Origin: Blasia pusilla | Lineage: Eukaryota | Direction: 5' to 3' | DNA: 64,000 bases | Assembly (NCBI GenBank): GCA_050084515.1 | Contig: CM114271.1 | Span: 248,001-312,000, forward strand | Shown here: one piece after another, positions 1 to 14,347 of the stretch | How the letters are laid out: the number at the start of each line of letters is the position of its first letter | How positions within the stretch are numbered: position 1 is the stretch's first letter | Program-made: the position numbers and the translations under genes | The notes under the pieces: model-generated | What the model saw: the letters and a program-made list of their open reading frames with translations, nothing else | The model's database searches: none | What the model was told of the DNA's origin: nothing

Positions 1-3000
1 CATCATATAGAAGCCAATATATACTAACTAACTTGGAATATTATGAAATGAACTATATTACTTAGTATTTACATAAGATCATTTGAAAATTCAGCACTAG
101 TGATAATCATTTCTTACAATATTTTTTACACAAAAATATTTATTTAAATTATTAATAATAGTTTAGGTATATTTTTAAATTTGATTGATTCATAGTGTTA
201 ATTAACTTTTTTCTGATAGAGTCAAACCAAACTAAGCTTGAAGGAGAGAATAAAAGAAAAAAAATTTATTCTTATTAACCAAGATTTATATGGTTGATGT
301 AAAATAAAATTTGAAAGTTCAAAATTATTTTGAAAATGAAAAACTAAGTTTTCTTGAATATTCCCAATACATAAATATTAATCATTTAAGTTAGTGAATT
401 CAATATACTTGAGATCAAGTAGGAGATATTTTGAGGCTTAAATTCCCAAATTTAATATTCTTCCTATAGAAAAAAATTTGCTTTTGATTATTTTTCTCAA
501 AATCATAACATGTGAATATTCCAAGATGGAGAATATGTAGACAAAAAACTACTCAAACCTTGATCTACTCCATAACTTAAATTGAAAAAGTTTTCGAATC
601 AACGAAAATCATAAGAATAAAATTGGATCAAAAGGCTAACAAGATAATAAGTATGAAGATGAGCTTGTTAAACCTACAAATCCATATTTATTAATTGTGA
701 ATTCATTTTGTTTATAGCAAACTATCAATGTGCCTTTTAAGGATAATGCCTACATAAATTATCATTCTTATGCTTATAAAACATAGTTATCTTGTTTTGT
801 TTCAAATAGTTCTGTGGATAGATAATGAATATTATTTCTATGCAAATTTTTTGTTTCTTTTAATCAAATGAAATCTCTTATAAGATAATAATGGATCAAT
901 TCTAATTTGCAACTCAATGGATAAGAAAAATAATATAAAAATATGATTACATGAAGGATTTTAAGTTAGACATTATGTATATGATAGATATGGTTCCCAC
1001 CAAGGAGCCAACGTTGACTAATAAAAATAAGCTATGCAAGAGGAGAGAAGATAGTTGGATCAATAAAAACAAGGAAGTTAGAAAATTTCCTTCAAATGGA
1101 AAGTGCTTTATAGTAAAATTTTCCTTTTAAGAATACGCGATTAATGACTAGGAAACATGAAGCCTAATTTCCAAGAGATGCAAATTCTTATTCTTTTCTG
1201 AAATTTCCTTAAAAAAGTGATATATTGTCATGTCAAGATCAAGATGAATTTCTAAATCAAGACTACTGATTAATAAAATAGTTTCAATTATTGAACCACT
1301 AGGTTATTTGGTAAAAGTGGAAGATACACGATATGGATGCAAAGATCTTAGTGCCACGAAAATAAAATTTCTATAAGTTGTGGATATAGGGATCTAAGGA
1401 TGTAGAGCCTTCATCTTAGCTATGGTAGCTACAGGTAGAATTGGTTCAAACTATCATCAACAATATGGTATAAGTTGATAAACATGTCTATTGTTTATTG
1501 AGACTAAGCACGATGAGCTATAAATATTGCATGTAAAGTTGGTTGGTGAGTAATAACGTTTTGACCCATCACAATATTACCACTAGGATATAAGGATCCA
1601 AAGCATGGACTTAAGGGTATCAATTTTATTTATATTGTATTGTATAGATTGAAAAAAATATGAAGAGTATGATATGAGATGATAAATATCATAATAATTA
1701 AATTAGGGATTTAAAATGTGTGTGTTTTTAGTAGAATTTCTAAGTAAGTCACATCCTTATACATTCTTAAATCTTATGTAAGTTCAATCTCTTACAACAG
1801 TCAATCTAACAATAGAATTTTGTAAGATAATTCAAATATGCTAAAAATCAAAAAATATGAACACACTGTTCTAGAATATCTTTTGCTTCTTCAAATGTGT
1901 TTGGCATAAGTCCATATTTTTATAACGTTATAAAAGTGTAGCCAAAATGGTTCAACTCCCACCAACATGCTTCATACGAAGAGTTAATTTTACTAACCAT
2001 AAATTGGTTCACAATCTTAATTGCCCTTTGTTTGGATCCATTAGTCTTCCTCAACAAAGAGGAGAATGTTATTGATCTCATCAAGGTGTCATTGTGGCCC
2101 TTTGAAGCTAAGTTGAGCAAAGAACTATGTTGAGATATTATTAGATTGCATACAACATTGTACCTAGCAAAACCTCATACATATTGTATCATGAGGATGT
2201 TAAATTTTGTCACTTAAGTTCCAAATTGACAACATCAATCCAAGTGTAAACAAAAGAAGAGTGAGCCTAATCCTTCAACTTTTTGGATCCACCAAGTCAT
2301 CTCCTCTTTGTTCAACTTCACTCTTCATGAGAATTCTTGATGGAGCCTTTTAGATGGAATCTAAGTAATGTTTGCGATTGACCCCAAGTGGCACTGATTT
2401 GTTGATGTGTTGATACTAAAATGGTTACATATCGCTTAACGACCTTGAAAATCAAAGGCTGCAATGAGGAAAAACATCTTACACGTAGACTTGGATAAAA
2501 TTGGGGGCTAGCTTAGATGTGGATATTCTTAAATGCGGTGAATGGGGAGGAGTATAATTTAAATTATGGAATAGAGGGATCAATTAAATGGGAGTGAATT
2601 ACGGGTGGTCTTTTGAGACCTACAAAACAAGACTTAAAGTTGAGTTCTCAATAGCATGAGGAGATCTAGATCCTGAGTATATGGAAAAGATTGAGTGCTA
2701 TTTTGGAGCAAGATATTGGGAACCTTGAATATGGAATGGTTTACGCTTTCAAGTATGTTCTGGAAAATACAAGTCCAATTCTACAGTTGAGAACTTTAAT
2801 CGTATAAGCTCATAAATTTTTATTTGCCATCACTGTGATGTGAAAAATCTCATATGTTTATGAGTTGGAGCCCACCTCCACAAACTCCCTTGTGAATCCT
2901 TCAAGCTGGAGGTATCTTTGGGTCGACTTGCATAAGTGATTCCTCCCTTCAGGCCTCCTTACTTTGCCAACCGCTAGATCAACAACAAATTTGCGAACAT

Positions 3001-6000
3001 TCCATCGTTGTTAGAGGTTTCATCATCCATGGGAAAAGGGACATGACTAATTCAGATATGGTAAGCTTGAGCTCCTCAAAAGAATGTAGACCTTAAGACT
3101 CGTGTTTCCTTACATCCACCTTCAGTGCGCATACTTATATTTTCCAGATTCCTTAGTTCCCCTTCGATTGGTCCAGGCAAAATTAGAGCGGCCTTGCAAG
3201 AAATTTGACATTGTCACAACTCTATCTCATTTTGAATCTTGGAAATTAATTAGGAAATTTTGAGTATAAGAGATCGGAGCAAGTTTGCGTGTGCAGGAAA
3301 GGATAAATGAAAGCTTTACTAATTCATAACTCAGAAGTGACAACAAATGAGGGTTCTTTGCACTACTTCTTACATGACATAAATAAGCAGAGTTAGTAGT
3401 GAAGTTGGGGTGAACTCGTATATAGAAATGAACTCGTACATAGCCTTCCACTCAAATTTTTTATACCTACAACTTAAGACGGTCGTCTTGAAATGGCTCT
3501 TGCAGAAGGAGTTCCCATGTCCGTGTTTAATAAAGAACACACATATGCAAAATAATTACAATTCCCTGAAAATAAATGTTTTGAACTAAACTAACAATGT
3601 TGCTTACTACACGATTTTGTTTATTAAAGATGATCCACTTTAAACAACAACACAACACACAAGAATTTGATCCAAAGGAGATATGTAAAAGAAATTGTTC
3701 GTAAGTGCGAAGTGCTCCCAAAGGTTGACGTTGCATACACGTCCAAACCTAAACGACGTCGCTTGCTAAAGAATAATAAGATGGAAATTTCCATAAATCG
3801 AATTTTCCTCAATTCAGAGACTGAAGGTAATCACGAATAACAACTGAAAATCCATCTTTTATGGTTGGCCCAGCCAACTTTTCCCTCTTTCTGAAAGCCT
3901 TCCGCTCAAAGGCGAATTATTTACCCCGTCAACACAATCCTAATGAGCTCCAAAGATGATTCTTCTCATTCTGCTTCATACAGATTGAGCTCAACCAGCA
4001 GTGTAAGAAGAAGAATGAATCTGATGGCGTTGAACCACTCTATGCTATTTGATGGTAAGAAATTACAATCTGCTGCTAATTGACAGCCACTTCAGCAGTC
4101 CTTTCCTATAACTTAAGTTCTCAAATGCATATTCTGGCATCTGACCATTGGCAGCTCAGCTATTCAGCTGACATCCCAGTACTGACTTACCAGCCTAATT
4201 GAATATCTGTTCACCAGCTGCCCATGGACAAGAAAACGGCATTGAGGACAGAATAGCCCAGTTGTTAAGGTCCGCTGATCCTGCAAGGGACGCCTCTAGA
4301 ATCTATCCAGTAGCAGCCACTCCAAGCACACTGGCCACCGTCGCTGCTGTTTTCGAGACACCCATTACGTTGCCTGCATACCGGGGCACTATGTCCATGT
4401 TAGGTGACTGACTGTAAAGCCCACCCTGGCAAACCCACAAGCTCCAAGTCTGATGGATGAGAAGATGACAGCTCCTGTAATAGATTGCATCATAGAGATG
4501 AGCATGAGTAACAGCAGCTGGATCAAGCCTGTGGAAGAGAAAGATAGCAGCTAAAAGATTGAAAACTTCAGGAAGTACGTAGGGAGGAGATGAAAGAATA
4601 AAGTTCCAAGCTTCGTGTCTTCCCTCTTCTCCGCAGTTTCTTCATTGTTTTCCTTGGTAGAACAATAACAAACACCACCTTTTCACTCATGCTATTCCAT
4701 TAGGACGGTTTGATTTTTTCTTCCTCACTCCTATATTACTGCGTGAGGTCTCCCAGTTCTTTACTACTGCATTCACAGTTCTGGTGTTCCCAACTTAGCC
4801 AACTTCAGTGTAGATTAATGCTCTTTCTGAACTTGAGCTTGAGGCACGTTCCAAAAGAAAGATTCCCCTGGTTATTATTTTTTAGATCTAATGCAAGAGA
4901 TAGAATCAGTAGAAGATAGACTATTGTTGTTACTTCCTGGTTGCTGGTATTTGCAAGAGTTCTAAGATACAGAGATCAACTCATGAAGGAAAGGGTAAAA
5001 GGGACCAAGAGAAGATTGTGAACTTGACTGAAAACCTGAGTCCCTTACCAACTACAGAAGTTGGGCGGGATATTGCAAGTGTGCACGATGAAAAGAATCC
5101 AACCAAGAGGAAGGATTAGCAGTCTATATACCTGACCAGATTCGGAGCAGGAACTTCCAAGAGATGTCATGGAGAAGAGAAAGGGACATCAATCAGGGGT
5201 AGACCGATGTCTTGAAGTGAACCAGATTAAGCAGAGGAAAGGAAAGGAGACTCTGGACTATCTGAATTTGGGGTCATGCAAGGAGGTAAGGAGCGAAATA
5301 GATGGAGTTGGCAGAAGTACCCAGAAGAGGGGAGATGTTAGGCACCATTTCTGGAAGCTACGAAGGAACTTCTATCTGTTGATGGAACTGCAGGGGAACA
5401 TGAAATTATCAGTACAGAGACTGGAAAGGTTTTTTGTGAAGCCTTTGAACATTTTCATTGTATCGAAGGGGATGGCACTGACAGCCCTCACGCGTTTCAA
5501 CTTAGGTCTGATTAGGCCAAGATTACCTCAGTAAAACAAGGACAAGATCACCAAGTCCAGAAGGTGACCAAGTAGCTGCAAAGATGATACTTCTACTTTG
5601 TGGACATTTGGGAGGAACAGGAGAAGAATGTTGTACAAATCAGGCCTTTTTTTCTGCAAAACCTTTTCAAAAAAGTCCAGCCCTAGCTGGTGAGGAAGTA
5701 AACCAGACAGACCAGGATCCTGTCACAATGTGTCCTGTTGAAGGACCATGTGTGGTTAATGAAGGTTAATCTGGCTTATGAACCAGCCTTCAAATGGCAT
5801 ACTCCCTGTACAAAGGACTACTTTACGAAGACAAAGAAGGAACATCAAGAGCACAAAGAGCAACAACCTGAGCTCAAACTGCTGAGCTGGTTTTGCCCGA
5901 GGTGTGCGTCCCACTCAGTAAACTAGATTAAATGCCCACATAGCTGCGGCACTGGTAAGAAACGTCTATCGAGGATTGTAGTCTGGTAAGGCAGATAGTA

Positions 6001-6059
6001 AAGCAAAGAGCTTCCTGGCTGATACCTGGAAACTCTGGATGATACTCTGCAACACTCTG

Positions 6060-6720
6060 GATGGTCAGCACTCACGCTCTATGTGAAAAGTAACTGATAG
6101 AATTACTATAGTAACTTAATGTTTTACCACAGTAAATAGTAGTTCCCTGTTACTATAGATTTACCTCAGTAATTCTGAGAATTACTGTGGGCGGCAGGCC
6201 CTAACCCTAAAACCCTAAAACCTAGAAACTCATTCTCTTGGCTGTATATAACCCTTTGAGGGTGACCTGCGAAATTCTTCTCTCATACACCTTTCTGAAC
6301 ACAACTCTCTGAGCTGAGGAGTTGATTGAGAAGCACTGAGTGTGCTTTGCTTACCTGAGTGGATTGTGCTTCTGACCTTAGTAGTTCAGTGTGCTGAGCA
6401 CTGAGTGTGCTGCTGCTTATAGACTGAGAGGTCTGCTGACCTGAGGGGTTCAGTGAATCTTGTGATACAAGGTGTCTAGTAGTACTAACCTGAGTGGTTG
6501 CTATTGAGATGTCTACTGCTGCTAACCTGAGTGGTTGCTATTGCACTAAGTGTGCTTGACAATGCTAGGTAGTCTGGTGATACAGGTTGTCTAGTGCTTT
6601 CCTCTACAATCTAACCTGAGTGGTTGCTATTGCCCTAAGTGTGCTTGTAATAGCTAGGTTGTAGAGAAACTCTGATATTCTAAAACTCTATGTGAGTCTC
6701 CTATTGATATTACTGTCATT
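6060..6720 (+). mobile_element. Possible LTR-like sequence of an unrelated family
   Basis: Telo-box-like ccctaaaaccctaaa (~6200-6220), TATATAA at ~6246 and three copies of ctaacctgagtggttgctattg (~6485, ~6522, ~6611). No partner or TSD found. Confidence 0.4.
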
Positions 6721-9460
6721 TCTTCACTTCTTTGTCCCTCTGCACCTGTCCCAGTCTATATATCAGTTGAACGAGGCAAGGGATCTATGGTTGCAAGGCA
6801 ACGACAGGCACTGCCTAATGGGCACACTCTCCACTGTTCCCAATTTTCTTGAGTATTTCATCCCACAGAGATGGCTAGTGGAAGGCATTGTGAATCTCTC
6901 CAACAAAAGCGAGCATGAAGACCCTCACAATTACAAGAGGATCAAATTCTTGAGCATGGTTGGAAACTGGTGGTGCCAAATCCTTGACACTAGGAGTTCA
7001 TTTGAATCTGGAGGAGAATCCTGTTATCAATGAAGGTCAGACATTTTGTGCAAAATTAAGGTCACTCTAGTTCCGATTTCTGTAAAAAGGACATCCCATT
7101 TCAGTTGCCTGCTGAGGTGAAGCAGGACTATACCTCACCATGATCAACACCACCGTTGGAAATCCTTGTCTTGAAATCAGTGAAAAGAACAGCTCCCACA
7201 GTGCTGGCTGCTGCTCTTGAGTGGCCTGGTTGAAATGCATGACCAATGTCAATAATAGAGTTCAAGATTTGGACATGCTTTGAATTCGTCTAATATCTCA
7301 CAATATACTTTAATGAAATGCATGATGTAGTTCTCATCCGAATCTTACAACTATGAACATTTGCTTACCAGAATCAATAAAATGTGTCTACATTTTCATT
7401 GTCCCAACTCATGCTAGTTCTTGAAAAGAGTTTCTCTCTTCTATCTCCTCACCTTTCTCCCTTTCCCAAATGCTGACCTCAAAGGGGAGAGGCTTCTGTT
7501 ACTTTCATTCAGAATTGAGTACAAAATTTCTGCACCCGTTCTCACTGGACGAAAGTGCAGCGATTTTCGAACCATATTTGTAACCGACATGTCCCATCAA
7601 ATGTTTGCGAGGAAATTTCCAAAGCTACTCAATATCCATCAATGGGGATTCTAAGCAAGCTGCGCTTTATACGGAAGTCCTTGCACTACACTTGAGAAGA
7701 CACAAAACGAAAAGAAATTGTCGACAGTCATGCATAAACATCTCCAGCCAAGTTCAAACAGTCATATCCACCCTGCACTTTACCCACACTAACAGGTTTC
7801 GTCCCGATTCATTGCTAAGACGATCCTTCCAAACATGCCCTGCTGCCTGTTTATCCATTGACTTCCAGCAAGAAAAGACTTAAAGTTCGTGCGAGTGTAC
7901 ATGCATTTGTGTATTCTTCAGCTAGCAGCTTTGCAATGAAGCTGGTTTAAGAAATACGCACATACATACAGACAAAAGCTGAAACAAAATCGGGGGCACA
8001 TTTGTGACAATGTGACGCACATCCCCATTCAGCAAGGTACATTCAGTGGTTCCAAATTCTACATTCTAAAGGGCCTCTTTAAGCCTGTTTCTTGATTTTA
8101 TCGCTGCATTCACATTAAGACATGCTTCCCAAAACAAGTAAAGAACGAAATCCTGTACCATCGGGAAATTTTGGAGCTATGTTACAGGATTATGATCGCC
8201 GGAGAGCTCGTGTGTCAACGGAGAAAAAACCAATGAATGAAATTCAGGGTTAGGTTTACATTAAGAGAGAAAGAGAGACTGAATTCATGAAATTATTACT
8301 GTCCACGGGGATCCGAAAGGTCCATGGAACTTTGATTTGCGAAATATGCAACAATTTTGATCAAACAGGGATCAACAAGGAGGACCAATCAGGTCCTCAA
8401 AGAACAGGGCCATGGGACTTAGCTTTGCAAAGAGTTAACAGCAGTTTGAAAAGAAAAGATATAGAATTTTAGAATTAGATTTCTAGTTCACGGGAAGCCT
8501 TCTGGCCTATGGGATCCTTGCCATTTATGTAACACCTTCATCCAAAGAGAGAGAGAGAGAGAGAAAAAGACGCTTGGTTCCGCTTTGGCTTCGATCTGCC
8601 AACTACTACGAAACTAAAAGCGACAATCCGGTGTAGCAACGATCTCCACGATCTAATCCAATTCTAGTGTTTAGACAGGCAACGAACTTCGTATGATGAA
8701 GAGTTTATTTCTAAGTCCACAGGACTCCACTCATCGCCTCACATCTGCAATATCTACTCACGCTGTACGTCCAGCATTCGATCACTGCTCGGCCCTCTGG
8801 TAAGCCGACGCTGCAAGTTCTTAAATCATCACTCCCCGGTGCAAATCTCAGGTCTCCCGTTCTTCTATCTCTACCTCAAGATCACTCACTCCATCCTTGC
8901 CTCCTTCCCTACCTGTCATTGTAAGGTAATGCCATTTTGAGACGAGTTGAATGTCCCATGGGCCCTCTATAGGCTCTCCCCGTGGACCAAAAACCGAGAT
9001 CAAAATCAAATGGATCCCTTGAGACACGCAGCAGACAAATCATTCCTCGCCATTACACTACTCTCTACAATTGCTTCTCTCTACTCTCTATGTCTAACAT
9101 TCAATGAATCAATCGCTGACTCAATTTGTTCTCTCTACCCCCTATGCCTAACGATCGATCAATCAATCGCTGACTCACTTTTTTTTTCCTCCTCCTCGCT
9201 GCTCCGGCCGGCGGCCACTCCTGTGATGCCGCTTGTGGCCCTGCTTCTGCGATCAGAGCTTCACGGCGGCACGAAATTGACGCCCAGAGTGTGGAGAGTT
9301 TGCCTGTCACACTCAAAACACGGAAAGAGGTCGGAATCTTGAAGTATTGAGAATCGGGACACGGAGGAAGAGATTGAAGAGAATTTGCGGCTCTACATGA
9401 AGAGCGGAGGAGGATGCAGTTGACCGTTGACAGTTGACAGGAAGGAGCGCGTGTCGTCTA

Positions 9461-9828
9461 CAATGGACGGCTGCGATGGTAACGCTGCCACATGTCAGAG
9501 AGGCAGGAACGGATCCACGAGATGGAGCTCTATCTTACCCGCAAATGTTGCCGGGGGTTTAAACAGTCGCAGTAGTAGCGCCAGGAAGAAACGCAACATT
9601 CTCTCGTTTCCAATCGACGGCTGTGAGGGCAACCCTGCCACATGTCAGACAGGCACGAGCGGTCCCCGAGATGGAGCTTTATCCTCCCAGCTAATGTTTC
9701 CGGGGTTTAAACGGGCGCAGTAATCAATCCACCACGCGGGCAGCTGCGGGCATAAGACGGAACTGACAAAACATCCAATGAGGAGATGCTTCACTGGAAT
9801 TTGGATGTTTTGTCACTTTCGTCTTATG
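9461..9828. repeat. Diverged direct duplication (~115 bp) plus 28-bp inverted repeat
   Basis: 9461-9577 resembles 9611-9724. Arms 9751-9778 and 9801-9828 pair at 26 of 28 positions. Confidence 0.85.
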
Positions 9829-9944
9829 TGAAGCGTCCACGTGGCGCTAGTCTAAAACAAGACAGGTAGGACAATGGACATGACCGGCTCAAAAGCTAAA
9901 ATATTATATGGTGTATCCACTTTATTATAAAATAAACTTTGGAA

Positions 9945-10224
9945 GAAGACAAAGAAAGGTGATAACATCTCTTTAGGAATAAAATGCATAATGGAATACA
10001 AAAAGAAATTGGCAACGAGCCAACGCAAACACTAACTCAACGAGCTACACGATTGATAGCTTGAAACAAATTTGACAAAAACACAGGCGGTTGGTCAGAC
10101 GTGAATGGACGACCAGGCCAGCCCCCACCACCTCCGCACGACGTATCAATGCCAAGGCTTGTGCATGTTGTAACGCCACTGACATGTATTGCCGAAAATA
10201 AGTAGTAACTGTAGAGAGAGAAGG
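9945..10224 (-). mobile_element. 3' end of the CRE/RLE-like element (ORF C-terminus plus tail)
   Basis: YFRQYMSVALQHAQALALIRRA resembles the helix ending RLE-type ORFs. The DNA recurs at 47598-47768. Confidence 0.6.
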
Positions 10225-12104
10225 TGTCGTACGCATACACATCGCTACACAACATACATCGCTGTCACCGAACACACACACAGACACGCACGATCCCATG
10301 CTAACTCATGGCATCCAAACAACGAGACAAGAAGTACCAAAATATCTCTAATAAAATAATATCCAATCTCTCTCACAACACCATAGTTCTCACATGTCTC
10401 TCTCAATGTCAAACCAAACCCACTCTCCTAATGAGAGGCTTGGGTTACACACACAAGGCAAACAAGACCATAACTCCGCCGCCTCATGCCAATAGGTTCA
10501 ACAAAGAGAATGAGCTCTCAAGCTCTCTCTCCTTGACGTATACCCCTCCCCTCTCCCCAGCTCTCTCCATGGTAACCTATGCTCCCAAGTCACCTCCTTG
10601 GCTCTTGACCCGACTTAAGAGGTCAAGGGCCACTTACCAAAAATAGAAAGTCGATCATATACTCAAAATGGTACTTATCTAAAATAGTGAGTTCCTCAAT
10701 ATGACTCCAAATGAGCCGAAACGAAGGGGAGACCTCCTCTCTCAGGTTTTCCGGGGCCTCAACAGGTCATCCTCGACCTACTAAGCATGTCCTCCACTAC
10801 TCAGGAAGGCGCTCTACTAGATCTCACCGATGTATCCTAAAAGACGTGACAGTTTTCGTACGGATACACATCGCTACACAACATACATCGTTGTCACCGA
10901 ACATACACACAAACACCCACAATCCCATGCTAACTCATGGCATCCAAACAATGAGACAAGAAGTACCAAAATATCTCCAATCGCCCCCTTAGTTGGTGGT
11001 TAGGTCCCTCTAACTCTAGATAGCCATCTATCCCTACCTACCATGACATACATCTCTCGGACGCTGAGAGCAAGAAGGCCGGGTGCTCATGTGGCCCCAT
11101 CGTCAGTCGCCTTCTTGTCAACCATATCACAGACATAAGTCGGAATGTAGAACTAGCTACTCTATGTACATCTGGGACACATCCATCGTCCTGGAGGAAC
11201 CCTAATGAGAGGTGGCGTCAAACATGCCATATGTCATCCTCTCAAACACCCATCACAGACTAGCATAGTGGTTGCACCACGGGTGGGACACAACATACAC
11301 CGCAAGCCTGCAGGAACTATTGCTAAGCTTGGATTAACTATACCATCAATATTCGGAAGATGATATGGCGCACAATTACGCACATGGTCCTTCCAAACCA
11401 TACCATCGCGTCCCTCCAATAAAAGCACACAAGATGGTAAAACCTCACGCACTCTCAAGATGGTGCGCCCTGCAGTCACATCCAATGTCATGGGTGCCGT
11501 CTGCTGTAAGTAGACATAGTCTCCTTGATGAAACCTCCGGATATTAGGTCGATAACCACCTCCCAGAATAGTCGCATACCTCAACGTATCCTGATGTTGC
11601 GCAATCACCAAGTTCTCAAACGTCATAGGCATCACTCTTCGAAAAAACTCAGCCCTCTCAGAACATGCTCACATCCATACATCAAGGTCATCAAGGTTCA
11701 ACACCTCACCAGTATCTCAACAAATGGCTGGAGGTAAATCTGGCTCTCCGCCATAAAGCAACAAGTACGGTGAGAAAGACGCTAAGGATGCCTGCTTGCT
11801 AAATCTGTATCCCATCGCCAACCACGGCAACTGAAGGTCCCAATCTCCTAGGTGACCTCTCTGCAAGCCATACTTGTGTAGTCCTCTCTTCACTATGTGC
11901 ACAATCCGCTCCGCTAGTCCATCCGCCTCAGGATGATCTCGCGAAGTAGTGCGGTGGTCGATTAGTGCTTGATCACACAAGGCCTAAAACTCCCCGCGGA
12001 ACTCTGTACCCTGGTCTGTCAACACCTCAACTGGAGTGTCGTAATGACTCAACACTCGATCTAGGAAGGCATACACTACTCCCTCACTCGCTTTGTCAAG
12101 AAAT
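10225..12104 (-). mobile_element. E1: 3' fragment of the same family (S-L-S, PHD, integrase C-half)
   Basis: S 10225-10352, L 10353-10851, spacer GT, S 10854-10981. ORFs 11234-11635 and 11717-11980 match E3 INT/PHD. Truncated at ~12104. Confidence 0.93.
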
Positions 12105-14330
12105 GAAAAACTGGGCACTAAAGTGAGGACAAAATTCCAAGCATAGGGATCGACTAACCAAGCGGTATAAAACCTCTCCAATAGCCAAAGGGCGGACACC
12201 TGAAGGAGGCTTATCCATACCCAACAAACGACAAGCCCCTAAGACCCTAGAGAAAGAGAATGGGAGAGGACCTGCCGCAATATGTGCACACACCTTATAG
12301 AGAGAGACAAAGCCACTTGCTGAATCTGCCGGGATAAAGCAATCGCGGAGATGCTCAAAAACCATCCTTGATAGCCCGCTTGCTGATAAGCGAGGAGTAT
12401 GAAGAAAAGCCCTTGTGAAAACCTCCAAGTCAAACTCCAAGTCAAGGTCCGTTGTATAGTCTTCCACAAAAGGTGGAGCATTGCCACTTGAAGGAGGATG
12501 AAGAGCTTCTTAGAGAGCCATTGTTTCCGCACTTGGAACCGTTGGAGAGAGAGGACCTTATTCTCGAGCTGCACGTGAAAACTCACCAACTTGCCCCAAG
12601 AGTGGACTTCATCGAAGGTGTTTTTTTTATTGAAGGCCTTCCATGATTGGCATGTTGAGTGGGATGAGCCGCAGCTAAGGCCTTGCTCCCAATCCCAATC
12701 CCCAGACATAAACCGTCGAATACGTGTGGAGGTTTCATGATGACCGTCCCTCCACCCTTTGGAGGGAGGACTAAAACCCATTGTGGGAAGAATAATAGGA
12801 GATACCAAGCATTAATATCTGTGGGATCATGCGCTAACCCTTCTAATAGGAAAAGCAAAGCTTGTTGGATGTTGGGGCAAAGAGCAATATGAATGCGAGT
12901 GTAGTTTCTAGGACGATGAAGACCTGGATGGAAAAAGCGAAGGAAATCAATTTGGCTTAATCACGTCCAAACACTTATTGTGGGGAGTGTAGTAGCAGGT
13001 GGTATTGTGTTAGGGATTGATGACCCATGCATGGATCGATAGTATCGGTGATGTCTTTTGTTCCCATTAGGAGCAAACTCCTTACCACAAGGTATGCAAC
13101 AAACCTTTGGTACAAATGAAGAAGTAGAAGGGTTATATGGAGAGGAGGTGGGGGGTGCAAGAGTTGGTAATGGACGACGATGAGGGGGTAAGTAGGTTGG
13201 GGAAGGAGGAGGAGGAAGAGGGGAGATAAGGGTAGAATAGATGGGAGTTGGAAGCAAGGGCACAGATGAGATATGTGGGGATGGCAAAGTAGTAAGATTC
13301 GATAATAATGGATCAAGGTTAGGCTCAATAGGACAAGACAAAGAGGGGAGAAGTGGATAATCTTAAAGAAATGTAGCAAGTGTAATGGGTGTATTAGTAT
13401 CTGGAGGAAAATGGAAAGATCTACTATAAGGACGTGAACGAGGGGGAGATGTTACGGCTAAAGGAGGGCGTGTAAAACCAGAGAAGCGAGAAGATGGAGA
13501 ATCCAACTCCTTCTCTGATGCCATAGAACAAAGGTAGACAAGTCATCAAAGACAAGGAAAGACATATGAAACGTGGTTTGGAGAAATCATGAGGATAACC
13601 AGCAAAACAAATGTAGTGGAATCGGTCCAAATTTAGATGGAGAGAATAAAATTAGGCAATATCGAATTTATGATTGAAAATTACTATAAAAATATATAAA
13701 GCAATTGAAAAGGAAAAGTGATCTATATGGTATCGAAAGAGGTGGCTCAAGAATATGAATTACTAATGCCCTTAAGGAAATAGCAAAAGTATGTAGGGGC
13801 GAAACACTAAGGTAAAGAGTTGAAAGAGCAAGGAAGAGGTTCGGGAGGAAGTGACCTAAAACAAACCTGTACACAAAAATAGGCGCCTACTGAGAAGGAA
13901 GAAAAATAGAAAACCTTCTTAATATGAAAAGAACGAGCTGGTCGAGATGATCTAAACAAGACCAAACACATCCAAAACCGACACTCCATGAGAAAGCTAT
14001 GAAAGAAATTGGAAACACCAAAAAAGAGGATGTGAGGAGAAAGTGAGCCAGCCACGAATGACTGCTATGACGGAATGAGTGCGTAATGTTGGGCCCAGCC
14101 CGTATCAAAAGATCGAGAAAAGCAAGAGGAATCCCTTAAACCGATGGTAATCGGGTGTCGCTCTATAAGGAGAGCAATATGTGTGAAATTGCGATTCGGA
14201 ATCTATAAGCACATTAAGGAGAGAAGGAGATCCAAAGATCCCAAGAATTTTGGAAAACTCAATCTTAAGTGGAAAAAAGAAGACCCCAAAGTTCAAGCTT
14301 GAGAAGATGAACATGTTGGGTCATAGATAG
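12105..14330 (-). mobile_element. Non-LTR retrotransposon, CRE/RLE-like, 5' part (zinc finger plus RT N-terminus), decayed
   Basis: ORF 12096-12467 (SASGLSRMVFEHL...RLLGMDKPPSGVRPLAIGEVLYRLVSR) resembles RLE-clade RT subdomains 0-2. C2H2-like CIPCGKEFAPNGNKRHH lies in 12961-13341. The upstream boundary is approximate. Confidence 0.75.
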
Positions 14331-14347
14331 TAGTGATCACTCTCTAA

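Noticed and set aside
1-6050. Short ORFs and possible TE remnants
   Set aside because: No recognisable domain motifs. This is likely old TE-derived DNA but cannot be classified by eye.
6480-6640. CRISPR-like spaced repeats (ctaacctgagtggttgctattg x3)
   Set aside because: Eukaryotic context, irregular spacing, spacers partly similar to each other and no cas genes.
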